DNA of 48,225 nt from Pseudomonadota bacterium (lineage in GTDB: Bacteria; Pseudomonadota; Gammaproteobacteria; Burkholderiales; JAJZQI01), in the NCBI GenBank assembly GCA_021847305.1, contig JAJZTZ010000003.1, forward strand, positions 1 to 48,225. Reading direction: 5' to 3'. This document shows positions 45,778 through 48,225 of the stretch, piece by piece; positions within the stretch are counted from its first letter, which is position 1; each line of letters starts with the position of its first letter. Below the pieces are notes generated by a model. That model did no database searches. It had not been told where the DNA came from and saw nothing but the letters and a program-made list of their open reading frames with translations. The translations under genes were made by a program, and so were the position numbers.

Positions 45778-46872
45778 TCAGCCCGGCGTACTCTCGATCA
45801 TGCGCCGGACCACGCGATTGAACGGCTCCACCCAGGCGCGGTCGAACTGCCCCTCGCAGGCATTGATCTCGGCAATGGCACGCAGCATGGAGCGGCCATG
45901 ACCGCGCTGGGCGTGCTTGAGCATGACCGCCTCAAACGCATCAAGAATGGCAATCAGGCGTGCACCGTCACAGATCTGCTCCAGCTTCAGACCAGCCGGG
46001 TAGCCGCTGCCGTCCGGCATTTCGTGGTGCTGGCGCACCATCTCCACCGCACCGCTCCAGACTTCCATGCATTCAAGCAGGCCGGCGGCATATTGCGGGT
46101 GTTTGTGCAGCACTTCGATATCCGCCGGCTCCAGTTGTCCCGGCTTGAGCCAGGCCGAATCGGGCAGAAACATCATGCCGATATCGTGCATGTAAATGGC
46201 CGCCTCCAGCTGCAGCGCATCAACCAGGCCGCCGGCCTCCTGATTGGTGCGCTGCGCCAGATCGGCCAGCCGCCCGGTACGACCGGAAAACAGCGGCGAA
46301 CGCCGCTCCAGCTGCAAAGCCAGGGTGCGGAAAAAATTCAGCTGCTGGGTGTGGTCATGCATCACCTCGGGGGCCGGCATCACCGCTGTGGGTGCCGGCG
46401 TTACGGCCGGCCAGAAGCCGGTTACCTGATAGATCAGCTTGCGCGCCATGGTTTCGGCGTTGCTTTCAGAAGCACGGCTGATGGCGGTCAACTCATTCAC
46501 CAGCACGTTCAGCCGCAAGGGCTCCAGACTGCGCCCGGTGCGCAGGGCCTCGATGGTCATTTCCAGGCGATCCACCGTCAGCAGCACCACCTCGCCCAGC
46601 ACGTTGCTGAAGCGCAATTTACCGCTGCGCACCTTATCCAGCAGACTTTCCAGCGGATGGATCAGACGCACCGCCACCTCCAGATGGCACAGTGCGGCAT
46701 CCCCCTTGAGGTTATGCAGGGCACGGAACAGGCTGGCAATGCGCTCGGCGTCGCCCGGCTGCTTGCGCAATGCCGCCACGTCAGCCTCGATTTGCGGCAC
46801 CCGATCAGACAGCGTATCGGTGTATTCGCTCAACCCCTCGTCATCCCTGCGTATCGACGCGCTGCGTGCCAT
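45778..46872 (-). CDS. Hpt (CheA-P1-like) domain fused to HD-GYP-type phosphohydrolase
   Basis: LFRALHNLKG (Hpt His), MHDIG and HHEMPDGSGYP. Confidence 0.82.
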   Translation of the reverse strand: MARSASIRRDDEGLSEYTDTLSDRVPQIEADVAALRKQPGDAERIASLFRALHNLKGDAALCHLEVAVRLIHPLESLLDKVRSGKLRFSNVLGEVVLLTVDRLEMTIEALRTGRSLEPLRLNVLVNELTAISRASESNAETMARKLIYQVTGFWPAVTPAPTAVMPAPEVMHDHTQQLNFFRTLALQLERRSPLFSGRTGRLADLAQRTNQEAGGLVDALQLEAAIYMHDIGMMFLPDSAWLKPGQLEPADIEVLHKHPQYAAGLLECMEVWSGAVEMVRQHHEMPDGSGYPAGLKLEQICDGARLIAILDAFEAVMLKHAQRGHGRSMLRAIAEINACEGQFDRAWVEPFNRVVRRMIESTPG

Positions 46873-46919
46873 GACTCTTTAATCTCCCTGTTTTATTTTG
46901 ATTTACACACCGAACTCTA

Positions 46920-46947
46920 ATTATAGGCAGCCGCTCCTCCGCCACAA
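46920..46947 (-). promoter_or_regulatory. Candidate sigma70 promoter of the Hpt-HD gene
   Basis: Minus strand TTGTGG-N16-TATAAT. Confidence 0.35.
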
Positions 46948-46991
46948 ATCAATTCTGCTACCATGAAAGCGTCTTTGTCCCGGCCGCTGCC

Positions 46992-48225
46992 ATGCCTGAC
47001 GATTTTCCCCTGACACAAGGCCTGCTTGATCTGGTTCGCCAGCGCAACGGCACCCTGCTGCAAACGCACATTTCCTGGGTTGTGCTGCTGGACGATCATG
47101 CCTACAAGATCAAAAAGCCCGTCAATTTCGGCTTTCTCGATTTTTCCACCCTGCCGGACCGCCTGCACGCCTGCCAGGAAGAACTGCGCCTCAACCGCCG
47201 ACTGGCCGCAGACTGGTATCTTGCCGTTGTGCCGGTCTGCGGCACACCCGCCGCCCCAGAGCTGGACGGGGCCGGCGAAGCATTCGACTACGCCGTAAAA
47301 ATGCGCCGCTTTCCGCCGCACGCCCTGCTGGACGAACTGCTTGAGGCCGGCGCGGTAAACACCGCCATGATCGAACAGCTGGCCGATAACGTGGCCGACT
47401 TCCACCAACGCTGCCCTGTCAGCCCGACAGGCAGCCGCTATGCCGCGTTCGACGCCATTCTGGCGCCGGCACGACAAAACTTTGCCCAACTCACCCCGTT
47501 TACCGCCGCCATTGATCTGCCCGGCATACTCGCGGAGCTGGCTGCCTGGACCGAACATACCGCCCAGCGTCTGCAGCCGGTTTTTTATCAGCGCGCCCAA
47601 CAAGGGCATGTCCGCGAATGCCATGGCGATCTGCATGCCGGCAATATCGCCTGGATCGACAACAAGCCGGTCATTTTCGACGCCATCGAATTCAACGCCG
47701 CGTTCCGCTGGATCGACACGATCAGCGAGTTGGCCTTCCTCGTCATGGACCTGTTTGCCCGGCAGCAAGCGGAGCTGGCCCAGTGCGCCCTCAATCGCTA
47801 TCTGGAGCAAAGCGGCGATTACCAGGGCGTAGCGGTGCTCGACTTTTATCTGGTTTACCGCGCCGTCGTACGCGCCAAAATTGCCGCCTTTGAGGCCAAC
47901 TGGCCACGCTGCCGCGACTACCTGCAACTGGCACTGTCGTTTACCCGCCCGCCGCCGGCCAGACTCATGATCACGCACGGCCTGTCAGGCAGCGGCAAAA
48001 GCACCGTCAGCCGAAACCTGGCCGCCACGCAAGCGCGCCTGATCCGGATTCGTTCCGACGTTGAGCGCAAGCGCCTTCATGGTCTGGGCGCGCTGGAAAC
48101 CAGCCACGAAAAAATGAACATTTACACCGCGTCAGCCACCCGACTGACCTACCGGCTCATCATGGATGCCGCACGCGCCTGTATTGCGGGCGGCTACAGC
48201 TGCATCGTCGACGCGGCCTTTCTGC
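46992..48225 (+). CDS. Bifunctional aminoglycoside-phosphotransferase-like kinase / P-loop (AAA_33) protein, 3'-truncated
   Basis: Absent from the ORF track because there is no stop in the window. Translated by hand: QTHISWV, AYKIKKPVNFGFLDFSTL, RECHGDLH, FDAIEFN, then Walker A GLSGSGKS and RSDVERKRL. Confidence 0.88.
   Translation, partial: MPDDFPLTQGLLDLVRQRNGTLLQTHISWVVLLDDHAYKIKKPVNFGFLDFSTLPDRLHACQEELRLNRRLAADWYLAVVPVCGTPAAPELDGAGEAFDYAVKMRRFPPHALLDELLEAGAVNTAMIEQLADNVADFHQRCPVSPTGSRYAAFDAILAPARQNFAQLTPFTAAIDLPGILAELAAWTEHTAQRLQPVFYQRAQQGHVRECHGDLHAGNIAWIDNKPVIFDAIEFNAAFRWIDTISELAFLVMDLFARQQAELAQCALNRYLEQSGDYQGVAVLDFYLVYRAVVRAKIAAFEANWPRCRDYLQLALSFTRPPPARLMITHGLSGSGKSTVSRNLAATQARLIRIRSDVERKRLHGLGALETSHEKMNIYTASATRLTYRLIMDAARACIAGGYSCIVDAAFL

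Noticed and set aside
46917-47978. 353-aa minus-strand ORF at the window end
   Set aside because: It is the shadow of the plus-strand kinase/AAA gene starting at 46992, which has clear family motifs but no stop inside the window.

Overview
A high-GC (roughly 60%) bacterial chromosomal window. Its gene set and order (pmbA/yjgA divergon, exonuclease-vanZ-rlmD, bcp-slyD, cysS) suggest a betaproteobacterium; this is inference. There are about 45 protein-coding genes, and I see no rRNA, tRNA, CRISPR array, transposase or phage genes. Main results: (1) A six-gene minus-strand operon, exbD-tonB-TonB-dependent receptor-exbB-AcpA/PLC-family phosphoesterase-PhoX phosphatase (5618-13323). It lies behind two triplets of 11-bp-phased Pho-box-like heptamers, the last one 10 bp from a TATAGT -10 box. 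It looks like a self-contained system for importing and hydrolysing organophosphate under phosphate starvation. (2) Three copies of a 127-152 bp non-coding element with GG-starting terminal inverted repeats and TTAA-type flanks (IS5-like MITE). Differences between copies fall in loops or are compensatory/G-U changes, which points to a conserved strand-specific RNA fold. Two copies bracket the phosphate operon; the third supplies the C-terminus of a GNAT gene. (3) Many signalling genes: two diguanylate cyclases, an Hpt-HD-GYP fusion, and a pseudo-Hpt/REC/5xPAS hybrid kinase facing a REC-PP2C phosphatase. (4) Other items: a TMTC-like glycosyltransferase next to a secreted protein, a lone AurF-like diiron enzyme, two small ORFs missing from the ORF track, and a 'site-specific recombinase'-family protein that looks like a membrane channel. 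All family calls come from reading motifs by eye; no database searches were run.
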